Shown here: piece after piece, positions 37,106 through 46,000 of the stretch
How positions within the stretch are numbered: position 1 is the first letter of the stretch
Layout of the letters: each line of letters begins with the position of its first letter
Assembly: GCA_964566285.1 (NCBI GenBank)
Contig: CAZMIG010000003.1
Coordinates: forward strand, 28,654 to 92,653
DNA length: 64,000 nucleotides
From: an uncultured Mariniplasma sp.
GTDB lineage: Bacteria; Bacillota_I; Bacilli_A; Acholeplasmatales; Acholeplasmataceae
Direction of reading: 5' to 3'
Position numbers and translations under genes: made by a program
Notes under the pieces: model-generated
What the model was told of the DNA's origin: nothing
The model's database searches: none
Seen by the model: the letters and a program-made list of their open reading frames with translations, nothing else

Positions 37106-38752
37106 ATGGCATACATTGCTTTATATCGTGCATACCGTCCAAAAGCTTTTAGTGAAGTGTCTGGACAAAAGGTTATAATTAAAACACTACAAAATGCATT
37201 GTTGCATGAAAAGATCGCCCACGCTTATCTATTTAGTGGTCCTCGTGGAACAGGTAAAACAAGTATTGCAAAAATATTTGCAAAGGCTGTTAACTGTCTC
37301 CATCAACCAACAAATGAACCATGTAACACATGTGATATTTGCAAAGGAATTGATAAGGGTGACATTCCTGATGTCATTGAAATCGATGCAGCATCAAATA
37401 ATGGTGTAGATGAAATTAGAGACTTAAGAGATAAAGTCAAGTATATGCCAAGCGTCGCTAGATACAAGGTTTATATCATTGATGAAGTCCATATGTTAAC
37501 ACCAGGTGCATTTAATGCATTACTTAAAACGTTGGAAGAACCTCCTAAGCATGTCATCTTTATTTTAGCAACAACAGAAGTTCATAAAATCCCACCAACA
37601 ATTTTATCGAGATGTCAGAGATTTGATTTTAAAAATATTGAAACGACTGATATCATTGAAAAATTAGATGAGATTGCCGTTAAAGAAAAAATAAGCATTA
37701 CACCTGAAGCAATTCATGCGATTGCTGTTAATTCAGAAGGTGGATTAAGAGATGCAATCAGCTTATTAGACCAAGCAATTTCTTTTGCTGATGAAACGAT
37801 TAGTGAAGATGATGTACACCAGGTTTCTGGAAGTGTATCAAAAAAAGCACTTACGGAAATGCTGCTTGCAATATCAAGTAAAGAAATTAGTAAGGCAATG
37901 ATCCTTCTTAAAAATCTTATTGCTGAAGGGAAGGAAATCACAAGAATTGTTAATGACTTAATTTTAGCTCTTCGTGATATACTTATAGAAAAATCAACAA
38001 CTGTTGATTTACCCAAATATAGTGAATTAATCAGTGTATTTTCATTTGATCGAATATATTTCTATTTAGATGTACTTAATCAAGCACAACAAGATATGAA
38101 GTGGACACATCAAAAACGCGCTTATGTTGAATTAGCACTTATCAAAATGATGGAACACCAAACACTCAGAACAATTGATTATGAAGCAACTATTCTAGAT
38201 ATGAAAGCTAGCATTCAAGATCTTAGAGAGCAAATAAAAATTCAGCCTAGAGAAGTTTCAAAGGTTAACAAAAAACCTTTAGTAACAATTAAAGAAGTTG
38301 AAAGCATCATGAATAATGATGATAAAAAGAAGAAAGCTTTAATGCAGTCAGGATGGGATCATCTAAAAGACTATCCAAAATCACATCTCAAGATGGCAGC
38401 ATATTTATTATCACAAGCTGAGCTCGAAGCAGTTTCTAATTCAATGCTCCTGGTTTTTAATGATATTAGTTCTTGCAAAAGAATCTTAGAACCAGAAACA
38501 AAAGCATTGGTTTTGGAAATCCTTAATAGCAAAAAACATTTAATTGATGACTACGTAGCCATTCTTAAAACGGATTGGTTAGTAATCAAAGAGGTTTACC
38601 TAGATTTGTGGAAAAAAGGGCAGAAAAAGCCAAAATTGCCACCATATGACCTCAAATTATATATTGATATTGAGTCCAAAGATAAAAAGGAACCAGAAAT
38701 CATAGCTTTGGCTAAAGAATATTTTGGGGATAAAGTTACAATAAAGGAGTAA
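37106..38752 (+). CDS. dnaX: DNA polymerase III subunit gamma/tau
   Basis: 548 aa from ATG 37106 (MAYIALYRAYRP...). Walker A GPRGTGKTS, zinc module CNTCDICKG, SRCQRF. Confidence 0.93.
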   Translation: MAYIALYRAYRPKAFSEVSGQKVIIKTLQNALLHEKIAHAYLFSGPRGTGKTSIAKIFAKAVNCLHQPTNEPCNTCDICKGIDKGDIPDVIEIDAASNNGVDEIRDLRDKVKYMPSVARYKVYIIDEVHMLTPGAFNALLKTLEEPPKHVIFILATTEVHKIPPTILSRCQRFDFKNIETTDIIEKLDEIAVKEKISITPEAIHAIAVNSEGGLRDAISLLDQAISFADETISEDDVHQVSGSVSKKALTEMLLAISSKEISKAMILLKNLIAEGKEITRIVNDLILALRDILIEKSTTVDLPKYSELISVFSFDRIYFYLDVLNQAQQDMKWTHQKRAYVELALIKMMEHQTLRTIDYEATILDMKASIQDLREQIKIQPREVSKVNKKPLVTIKEVESIMNNDDKKKKALMQSGWDHLKDYPKSHLKMAAYLLSQAELEAVSNSMLLVFNDISSCKRILEPETKALVLEILNSKKHLIDDYVAILKTDWLVIKEVYLDLWKKGQKKPKLPPYDLKLYIDIESKDKKEPEIIALAKEYFGDKVTIKE

Positions 38753-38756
38753 AAGT

Positions 38757-39047
38757 ATGAATCCAAATATGTTAAGTAAACTGAAAAAAATGCAGAAACA
38801 AATGGTAGAAGCACAAGAACAACTTGAAAGAAAAGAATATTTCGGAAAAGCAAGTGGTGTAATTGTTATAATGCAGGGAACAAGACAAGTCATCGATGTA
38901 CAAATAAATGCTGAAATATTAGAAGAAGTTGAATTGTTACAAGATGCAATATTACTTGCTGTTAATGATGCACTAAAACAAATAGAAAAAGACCAAGAAG
39001 AAACCATGAGTCAATTTAGCGGTGGTTTGGGAGGATTTGGATTTTAA
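38757..39047 (+). CDS. ybaB: Nucleoid-associated protein YbaB/EbfC
   Basis: 96 aa. Conserved dnaX-ybaB-recR order. MLSKLKKMQKQMVEAQEQLE. Confidence 0.88.
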   Translation: MNPNMLSKLKKMQKQMVEAQEQLERKEYFGKASGVIVIMQGTRQVIDVQINAEILEEVELLQDAILLAVNDALKQIEKDQEETMSQFSGGLGGFGF

Positions 39048-39637
39048 TGTATCCCAATATTTTAAAGAAAATCATTGAGGATTTTCAAAGATTGCCAGGA
39101 ATAGGAGAAAAAACTGCAGAACGTCTTGCATTACATTTGATCAGTCATTTCGATGATCACGATATCTTAGCATTTTCTGATCATCTGAAAAGATTAAAGG
39201 AAGAAATTAAATACTGTTCAGTTTGTCATATGATCACTGATCATGATATCTGTGATATTTGCAAAGATCAAGATAGAGACCATGAAACGTTAATGGTTGT
39301 TGCTGATGCTAGAGATGTTTTTATTATGGAAAAGATGAAAACATATCAAGGTGTTTATCATGTTTTAGGGGGATTGGTTGATTTTTCTAGAGGAATCACT
39401 GATAAAGACCTTAATATTGAATCTCTTGAGAAACGCATTAAATCTGTTAAAGAAATGATTATAGCAACTAACGGTACTGTAGAAGGTGAGATGACTGCTA
39501 AGTATCTAAAATCATTATTTGCAGATGAATCATTATCGATCACTAGACTTGCTTCTGGGTTACCTGTCGGTGCAGAATTAAAATATGCAGATGAACTTAC
39601 TTTAAGACAAGCAGTTGAAAATAGAAGAAAATATTGA
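39047..39637 (+). CDS. recR: Recombination protein RecR
   Basis: 196 aa. HhH LPGIGEKTAERLA, zinc finger CSVCHMITDHDICDIC, Toprim. Confidence 0.93.
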   Translation: MYPNILKKIIEDFQRLPGIGEKTAERLALHLISHFDDHDILAFSDHLKRLKEEIKYCSVCHMITDHDICDICKDQDRDHETLMVVADARDVFIMEKMKTYQGVYHVLGGLVDFSRGITDKDLNIESLEKRIKSVKEMIIATNGTVEGEMTAKYLKSLFADESLSITRLASGLPVGAELKYADELTLRQAVENRRKY

Positions 39638-39661
39638 AATCATTACTAGGAGGAAAAAACG

Positions 39662-39934
39662 ATGTGGGAAGCAGTTACAGGATTTTTAGAATCAATTTAT
39701 GGCAAATTCAATGGATTTTTACAGAGCTCTCTTGATATTGATGGTAAACTAACCGGTTTATACGATCAATTCGTATCTCCACTTCCAGAACTTATCAAAA
39801 TTGTTGGTGCAGTTTTTGTAGGAATTATCCTTGTACTTGGAACGTTAAGCTTTGTTAAAAAGATGCTTAAATTGTTTATCGTTCTCGCAGTCATACTTGC
39901 TATCGTTTTACTAATTACACAATTAAATAAATAA
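39662..39934 (+). CDS. Small hypothetical membrane protein
   Basis: 90 aa. Strong RBS AGGAGG. Two C-terminal TM helices. Confidence 0.55.
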   Translation: MWEAVTGFLESIYGKFNGFLQSSLDIDGKLTGLYDQFVSPLPELIKIVGAVFVGIILVLGTLSFVKKMLKLFIVLAVILAIVLLITQLNK

Positions 39935-39989
39935 CACTTGCAAAATGATAATGATTAGTATACAATATATACGGTTTTAGGAGGAAGAA

Positions 39990-40553
39990 ATGAACGATAA
40001 AATGAAATCATTAGCAATGCTTGATGTTGCTGAAGCATTACTGAAAGAACAAGAAGGTCCAATGACCATTCAACAACTCATTAAATCAGTTGTTGAAATA
40101 AAAGAAGTTTCAATGGATGACATCGATAAATTAACTCAGTTATACATGGATATCACGCAAAGCGCGAAATTTGTGTATTGTGGTGATGATCACTGGGATT
40201 TAAAGGAAAGAAATTTAGAACTTTGGGACAAAGATGGTTTTGCTTTTGTTCGCGCTGAAGAAACTGTTGAAGAAGAGGAAGAGGAAGAGGAAGACTTAGA
40301 CTTTACTGAATTCATTCTTGAAGAAGAGGAAGAGGAAGAAGTAGTCGAAGTTGATGATGAAGAAGAAAAAGTTGAAGAAGCTGACAAAGAAGAAATTAAA
40401 GAAGAAAAAGCATATATCGAAATAGAATTACCAATTAAGTCTACAGATGATGATGATGCGGATGAACCCGAAGTTGAATTTGACGATGAAGGTTACAATG
40501 AAGATGACTATAATGAGATTATGGATGATTATGAAGATATGTACGACAAATAA
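39990..40553 (+). CDS. rpoE: DNA-directed RNA polymerase delta subunit
   Basis: 187 aa. N-terminal HARE-HTH-like domain (SLAMLDVAEALLKE...DHWDLKE) followed by a long Glu/Asp tail. Confidence 0.85.
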   Translation: MNDKMKSLAMLDVAEALLKEQEGPMTIQQLIKSVVEIKEVSMDDIDKLTQLYMDITQSAKFVYCGDDHWDLKERNLELWDKDGFAFVRAEETVEEEEEEEEDLDFTEFILEEEEEEEVVEVDDEEEKVEEADKEEIKEEKAYIEIELPIKSTDDDDADEPEVEFDDEGYNEDDYNEIMDDYEDMYDK

Positions 40554-40580
40554 AAAATAGAGTATTATGAACCTCAAATC

Positions 40581-40611
40581 AGGTATGCGTATGCTACGTA
40601 TACCTTTTTTA
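40581..40611 (+). terminator. Rho-independent terminator after rpoE
   Basis: AGGTATGCGT ATGCT ACGTATACCT followed by TTTTT. Confidence 0.65.
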
Positions 40612-40662
40612 TTGGATTTTTAGATTTAAGTATATAATGGATTTGAAGAAAGGGTGTTGAAC

Positions 40663-41295
40663 ATGCCAAACGTATTAGAATATATAGGTTATATTGCATC
40701 ATTAATTGTATTAATATCATTATTGATGAGTTCAGTTAAAAAACTAAGATGGATTAATCTATTAGGAGCTTCCATTTTTGCAGTATATGGATTTTTAATT
40801 AATGCACTTCCCGTTGGATTTATGAATTCAGCTATAGTCATTGTGAATATTTATTATTTATTCATCATGTATACAAAAAAAGATTATTTCACATTACTAA
40901 AATTAGGCAACCAAACTGAGTATTTCAATCATTTTATGTCATTTTATAAAGAAAATATTCGATCATTCATGGAAGTAGAAAACAATTTAGACGATCCTAA
41001 GTATATTAAACTATTCATATTAAGAAATACAATTCCTGCAGGAGTTGTTGTTACTAAGATTAAAAATGAAACGACTCTTGAGATTGTCATCGATTATGCT
41101 GTCCCAGCATATCGTGATTTTAAAATCGGCAATTTTCTTTATGAAGGTCAAAAAGATTTCTTTATTTCTCAGGGATATGATACTTTAATTTCCAAACCCG
41201 GAAATGATAAGCATCAAAACTATTTAAAAAGAATGGGATTCATTCCTGAAACTGTTGACGATGAGTTTTATTTCTTAAAGAATCTTAATGAGTAA
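40663..41295 (+). CDS. Fusion protein: three-TM YgjV-like N-terminus + GNAT-like C-terminal domain (putative)
   Basis: 210 aa from ATG 40663. N-terminus YIGYIASLIVLISLLMSSVKKLRWINLLGASIFAVYGFL. C-terminus IDYAVPAYRDFKIGNFLY...YLKRMGF resembles an acetyltransferase fold. Judged by eye only. Confidence 0.45.
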   Translation: MPNVLEYIGYIASLIVLISLLMSSVKKLRWINLLGASIFAVYGFLINALPVGFMNSAIVIVNIYYLFIMYTKKDYFTLLKLGNQTEYFNHFMSFYKENIRSFMEVENNLDDPKYIKLFILRNTIPAGVVVTKIKNETTLEIVIDYAVPAYRDFKIGNFLYEGQKDFFISQGYDTLISKPGNDKHQNYLKRMGFIPETVDDEFYFLKNLNE

Positions 41296-41320
41296 ACATA
41301 TAAGTAATTAACGATATTAA

Positions 41321-41348
41321 AAATCTCCAAAAATTAGGAGATTTTTTT
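41321..41348 (+). terminator. Rho-independent terminator
   Basis: AAATCTCC AAAAATTA GGAGATTT followed by TTTT. Confidence 0.65.
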
Positions 41349-41514
41349 ATGAAAATATTGAATTTGATTTATACACATTTGTTATTTTCCACATTTATCA
41401 ATCAAACAGATAAATAATGTTAATATGTGAAGAATTACACGGTTAAAATTGATTGCTAAAAGCAAAGCTTTGTATTATAATAGACTTGACCAAATTCTAA
41501 GGAGGAATAAAATT

Positions 41515-42381
41515 ATGGCAGTTGTATCAGCAAAAGAAATGTTACTTAAAGCTCACAAGGAAGGTTATGGTGTTGCTCAAATCAACATTAATAATTTAGA
41601 GTGGACCAAAGCAGTACTAACAACAGTAGAAGAAATGAAATCTCCAGTTATTCTAGGTGTATCTGAAGGTGCAGCTAAATACATGGGTGGTTATAAGACA
41701 GTTATGGCTATGGTAAGATCATTGGATGAATATTACAATGTTACTGTACCGGTAGCTGTTCATTTAGATCATGGAACATATGAAGGATCATATAAAGCAC
41801 TAGCTGCTGGATTTACATCTATTATGTTTGATGGCTCACATTATCCATTTGCAGAAAATTTAGAAAAAACTAAAGAAATCGTTGCTGCATGTCACGCTAA
41901 AGGCGTTTCAGTAGAAGCTGAAGTTGGAGCAATTGGTGGAGAAGAAGATGGTGTTATTGGAATGGGAGAAATCGCAGATCCAAAGGAATGTAAAGCAATA
42001 GCAGCAACTGGTGTTGATATGTTTGCGGCAGGCATTGGTAATATCCATGGTAAGTATCCAGCAAATTGGAAGGGTTTAAATTTTGAAGTTCTTGAAGAAG
42101 TTCAAGAAGTTACTGGTGGAGTACCTCTAGTTTTACATGGTGGAACTGGAATTCCAGCTGCTATGGTTCAAAAAGCTATTTCACTTGGTGTATCTAAGAT
42201 TAATGTTAATACAGAACTTCAATTAGTCTTTGCAGCAGCAACACGTAAATACATCGAAGAAGGTAAAGATTTAGTAGGTAAAGGCTTTGACCCAAGAAAA
42301 CTTTTAGCTCCTGGCTATGAAGCAATGAAAAATATTATTAAAGAAAAAATCGAAGTATTTGGTTCTGCAAATAAAGCATAA
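41515..42381 (+). CDS. fba: Fructose-bisphosphate aldolase, class II
   Basis: 288 aa from ATG 41515 (RBS AAGGAGG). Motifs VHLDHG, GNIHGKY, LVLHGGTG. Confidence 0.92.
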   Translation: MAVVSAKEMLLKAHKEGYGVAQININNLEWTKAVLTTVEEMKSPVILGVSEGAAKYMGGYKTVMAMVRSLDEYYNVTVPVAVHLDHGTYEGSYKALAAGFTSIMFDGSHYPFAENLEKTKEIVAACHAKGVSVEAEVGAIGGEEDGVIGMGEIADPKECKAIAATGVDMFAAGIGNIHGKYPANWKGLNFEVLEEVQEVTGGVPLVLHGGTGIPAAMVQKAISLGVSKINVNTELQLVFAAATRKYIEEGKDLVGKGFDPRKLLAPGYEAMKNIIKEKIEVFGSANKA

Positions 42382-42393
42382 GTAGGTGATTAT

Positions 42394-42945
42394 ATGCGTG
42401 ATGAAAGAATTTATCACGAGTACGCAAATTGGAAAATTGAAAATCATGAGTTACTAACATACTTAATTGAAAGCAATTCTGATTTGATTATGCGTTTTAA
42501 ACATGTCATTGATGTCATTGACTATTTGTATAATAAGCTCATTGATGACAAAAATTATAGTGATGATGAAGAACATATTTTTGAAACTGGATTTTATTAT
42601 ATGTTTGATCAAATTGAAGAGATTACTGGACTACTCAAAAAATCATACCACAACAATATTCAAAACCTTGAGGAAAGAGCAAAAGATGTTAACCTGTTGC
42701 TCAGCACGATTGATTTTCAAAACGAACTTCTAGGTGTGGAGAATTTTGAACAAGTTGATATGGATAAATTGATAGACTTTGAACAAGACATTATGAAGAA
42801 GCTTGAAAATAAAGAAGAAGTTCCAATCTTCATGTTTGAAAAACTAGATGAAATGACATTTGAAATGTTTCAAAAATTAAATGTTGAATATTATGCAATT
42901 AATGATATATTTCTAGATATTGCAGATGAATTAGGGATTCTTTAA
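42394..42945 (+). CDS. Hypothetical acidic, predicted helical cytoplasmic protein
   Basis: 183 aa. Starts 12 nt after fba. RBS GTAGGTGA. No motif recognised. Confidence 0.55.
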   Translation: MRDERIYHEYANWKIENHELLTYLIESNSDLIMRFKHVIDVIDYLYNKLIDDKNYSDDEEHIFETGFYYMFDQIEEITGLLKKSYHNNIQNLEERAKDVNLLLSTIDFQNELLGVENFEQVDMDKLIDFEQDIMKKLENKEEVPIFMFEKLDEMTFEMFQKLNVEYYAINDIFLDIADELGIL

Positions 42946-42961
42946 AAATAATCAAATAGAT

Positions 42962-43006
42962 AAAAAAAGCGATACGTTCAAGAGAACGCGTCGCTTTTTA
43001 TTTTTT
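42962..43006. terminator. Bidirectional terminator between convergent genes
   Basis: A7, then the stem AGCGATACGTTC AAGA GAACGCGTCGCT, then T-runs. Confidence 0.7.
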
Positions 43007-43020
43007 GTTAAATCTTAACC

Positions 43021-46000
43021 TTATGCAGGTTCTTCAGAGCCAACTGTAGGTAGCATATCCATTAATGCATAAAGTCGATCAATATCAACTTGAGTCATTA
43101 CAGTGAAATCGAGCAATGCGATTGCATGTATTTCAGCAAATAAATCAGTAAACATTGTTTCAACATCACCAATCATTAAATCTACGTCTTCAACTGTTGA
43201 TTCATTAAGTACTAAAACATCAGCATTCTTTAAGATGTTATCACTAACAATTGTAATCGATGTGAAGATGAGCGCTTCATTAAGCGTTGTAAGTGTATCA
43301 TCTAGTGCTAATACTAAAAGAGCTATAGACGCATCGTCACCTGTGATATTCCAAGTAGCCACGACTGATAAATCTAAACCATCAATTGCAGCAACTAGAT
43401 CTTCTTCAATGCTAATAATGTTAACAATAACAGTTGATACTGGAACTAGCAGTGCATTAAACATGATATTAACATCAGCGGGTTCCATTGTAGCATCCAT
43501 TGATAATTGAACAACTAGTGGAATTCTAACAAGTTTTAATAAAGTTTGTACATTAGCTATATCAAGAGTATCAATGATAGCTGCATTATAATTTAATGCT
43601 TGAGCTATTAGTGCTTCAACATCAGCTACGAACAATGGATCTGTTAAATCACCAGGACCATTATTAACCAAATCATAGATATCCAAGAACATTTGTCCTT
43701 CATTTGATAGGAATTCATCAACAACGTTTCCACCAATAGAACCAATAACTTGAGTAGCAGCAATGATATTATCATAATCTGCAAGAACTTCATCTATGAC
43801 TAAGGACACTGTTGCAAATTCATCAGGATCCATTTGAGGTTCCATTTGATCTTTAGCAATACCTGCCAATAAGCCTAATAATGTTTCAATTTGTCCATCT
43901 GTGAATAATGCATTTACTGCATCAAACTTAATACTATTTTCAGTCTTGAAGGTATCAAGATAAGTACCAACATAAACTGCAAGTTCAATCACTTTGTCGA
44001 AATCTACAATATCTGGTTCTGTATACATGTAGTTGTCAAATTCATCATAGACATCAATTCCAGGAGTAACCATACCATTTGCAATTGAAACAATATCAAT
44101 AACAACAGTTTCATCAACATCATTTAATAATGTGAATACCAAGTCAAGCATTGTTGAAACTGGAACGAGCATTGCATCGAATGTTGTATCAAAATCAGTA
44201 ATTTCGATTTCTTGCATCATTAATCCAATCTTCAATGGAACTCTAAGTGCATTAAGTAATGCTTCAATAGACGCTTCATCAAGTTCATTTAATAGTGCGG
44301 CTTTATAATCAACCATTTGAGCAAGTACGGCTTCAACATCAGCTAGGAATAATGGATTATCTAAATCACCAGAACCATTATTGATCAAATCATATAGATC
44401 CAAGAACATTTGTCCTTCATTTAATAAGAATTGATCAACAACACCAATACCTGCTGAATGTATAACTGCAATGGCGTCAACTATTACATCATAATTTGCA
44501 AGGACTTCATCTATCACTGCAGATGCCATAGTAAATTCATCAGGATCCATTTGAGGTTCCATTTGATCTTTAGCAATACCAGCCAATAAGCCTAATAATG
44601 TTTCAATTTGTCCATCTGTGAATAATGCATTTACTGCATCAAATTTAGCACTATTTTCAGTCTTGAAGGTATCAAGATATGTACCGATATAAACAGCGAG
44701 TTCAATAGCTTTTTCAAAATCTACATCATCGCCATTACAATAATATTCATCCCAGTATTCGTCATAATAACATTCACCAGGAGTAACCATACCATTGGCA
44801 ATTGAAACAATATCAATAACAACAGTTTCATCAACATCATTTAACATTGTAATTACCAAGTCAAGCATTGTTGAAACTGGAACGAGCATTGCATCGAATG
44901 TTGCATCAAAATCAGTAATTTCAATTTCTTGTATCATTAATCCAATCTTCAATGGAACTTTTAATACTGCTAATAATGTTTCAATAGATGTTTCATCTAA
45001 TTCATTAAACATTGCTGCTTTATAATCAACCATTTGAGCAAGTACGGCTTCAACATCAGCTAGGAATAATGGATCATCTAAATCTCCAGAACCATTATTG
45101 ATTAAATCATATAGATCCAAAAACATTTGTCCTTCATTTAATAAGAATTCACTGACAACACTCATGCCTACAGTATTGATAACGTCAACTGCTGCCATGA
45201 TTTCTGTGTAATTATCTAGAACTTCATCTATAACCATAGAAGCCATCGCGTAACTATCTGGATCCATTTCTTGTGCCATGACTGTCTTGATTGAATTAGC
45301 AAACAAGTTAACTAACTCTTCAACTTGTTCATCTTCAGATAAACCAGTTAAAGTTTCAAATTTAGCAGCATTATCAAGTGTAAAGGTATCAATATAATTT
45401 CCTACATAGACAGCAAGTTCAATAGCTTTTTCAAAATCTACGTCATCGCCATCACAATAATAATCTTCCCAGAATTCGTCATAATAACATTCACCTGGAA
45501 TAACCATGCCATCAACAATATCCATGACATCTTGAACGGTTTGTTGATCGATACCATCAATAAAGGTTAATGCCAAATCAATAGTTGTATAATCAACTTC
45601 ACCTAGGAAGTCAGCGTAAGGTAGATAATCTTCAACTGTTGCGACATCAAATGCATCAGCAACAGTAAATAATAAAGTATAAATTCCAGCAAAATCCTCA
45701 CTTGAAGGTAATGTTGTTAATAAAATATCAACAACCTCATCTTTTAGCATGAAGTATTCTGGCATCGTAAGTTCGCCGTTTTCCATGAAGTTATCTAGTA
45801 GACCAACCATTGATATTGGAACTGTATCATAAATTAATGTTAAATAATCAACAACACCAGTTGCAGAATCCATAACGAGATCTTTTTCATCAGTTAGGAA
45901 AACTGATAGTTCATTCATTGTTGCTATTTCATTTTCACGACGAACGATATCTTCATTGCGATACATGATTGATTCATATCTCCAAGCGATATCATATAAA

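Noticed and set aside
38300-38640. Possible dnaX programmed -1 frameshift site (A-rich heptamers near GATAAAAAGAAG and CAGAAAAAGCC)
   Set aside because: Only five consecutive A residues precede the G at both sites, not the A AAA AAG slippery heptamer. I see no convincing downstream stem-loop, so I have no support for a gamma-type frameshift product.
40255-40400. GAA/GAG trinucleotide-rich tract
   Set aside because: It encodes the normal poly-acidic C-terminal tail of the RNA polymerase delta subunit and is not an independent repeat element.
43103-43510. 135-aa plus-strand ORF antisense to the acidic lipoprotein gene (also 44795-45025 and 46506-46721)
   Set aside because: Same reasoning: shadow ORFs opposite a long, compositionally biased gene, with no initiation signals.
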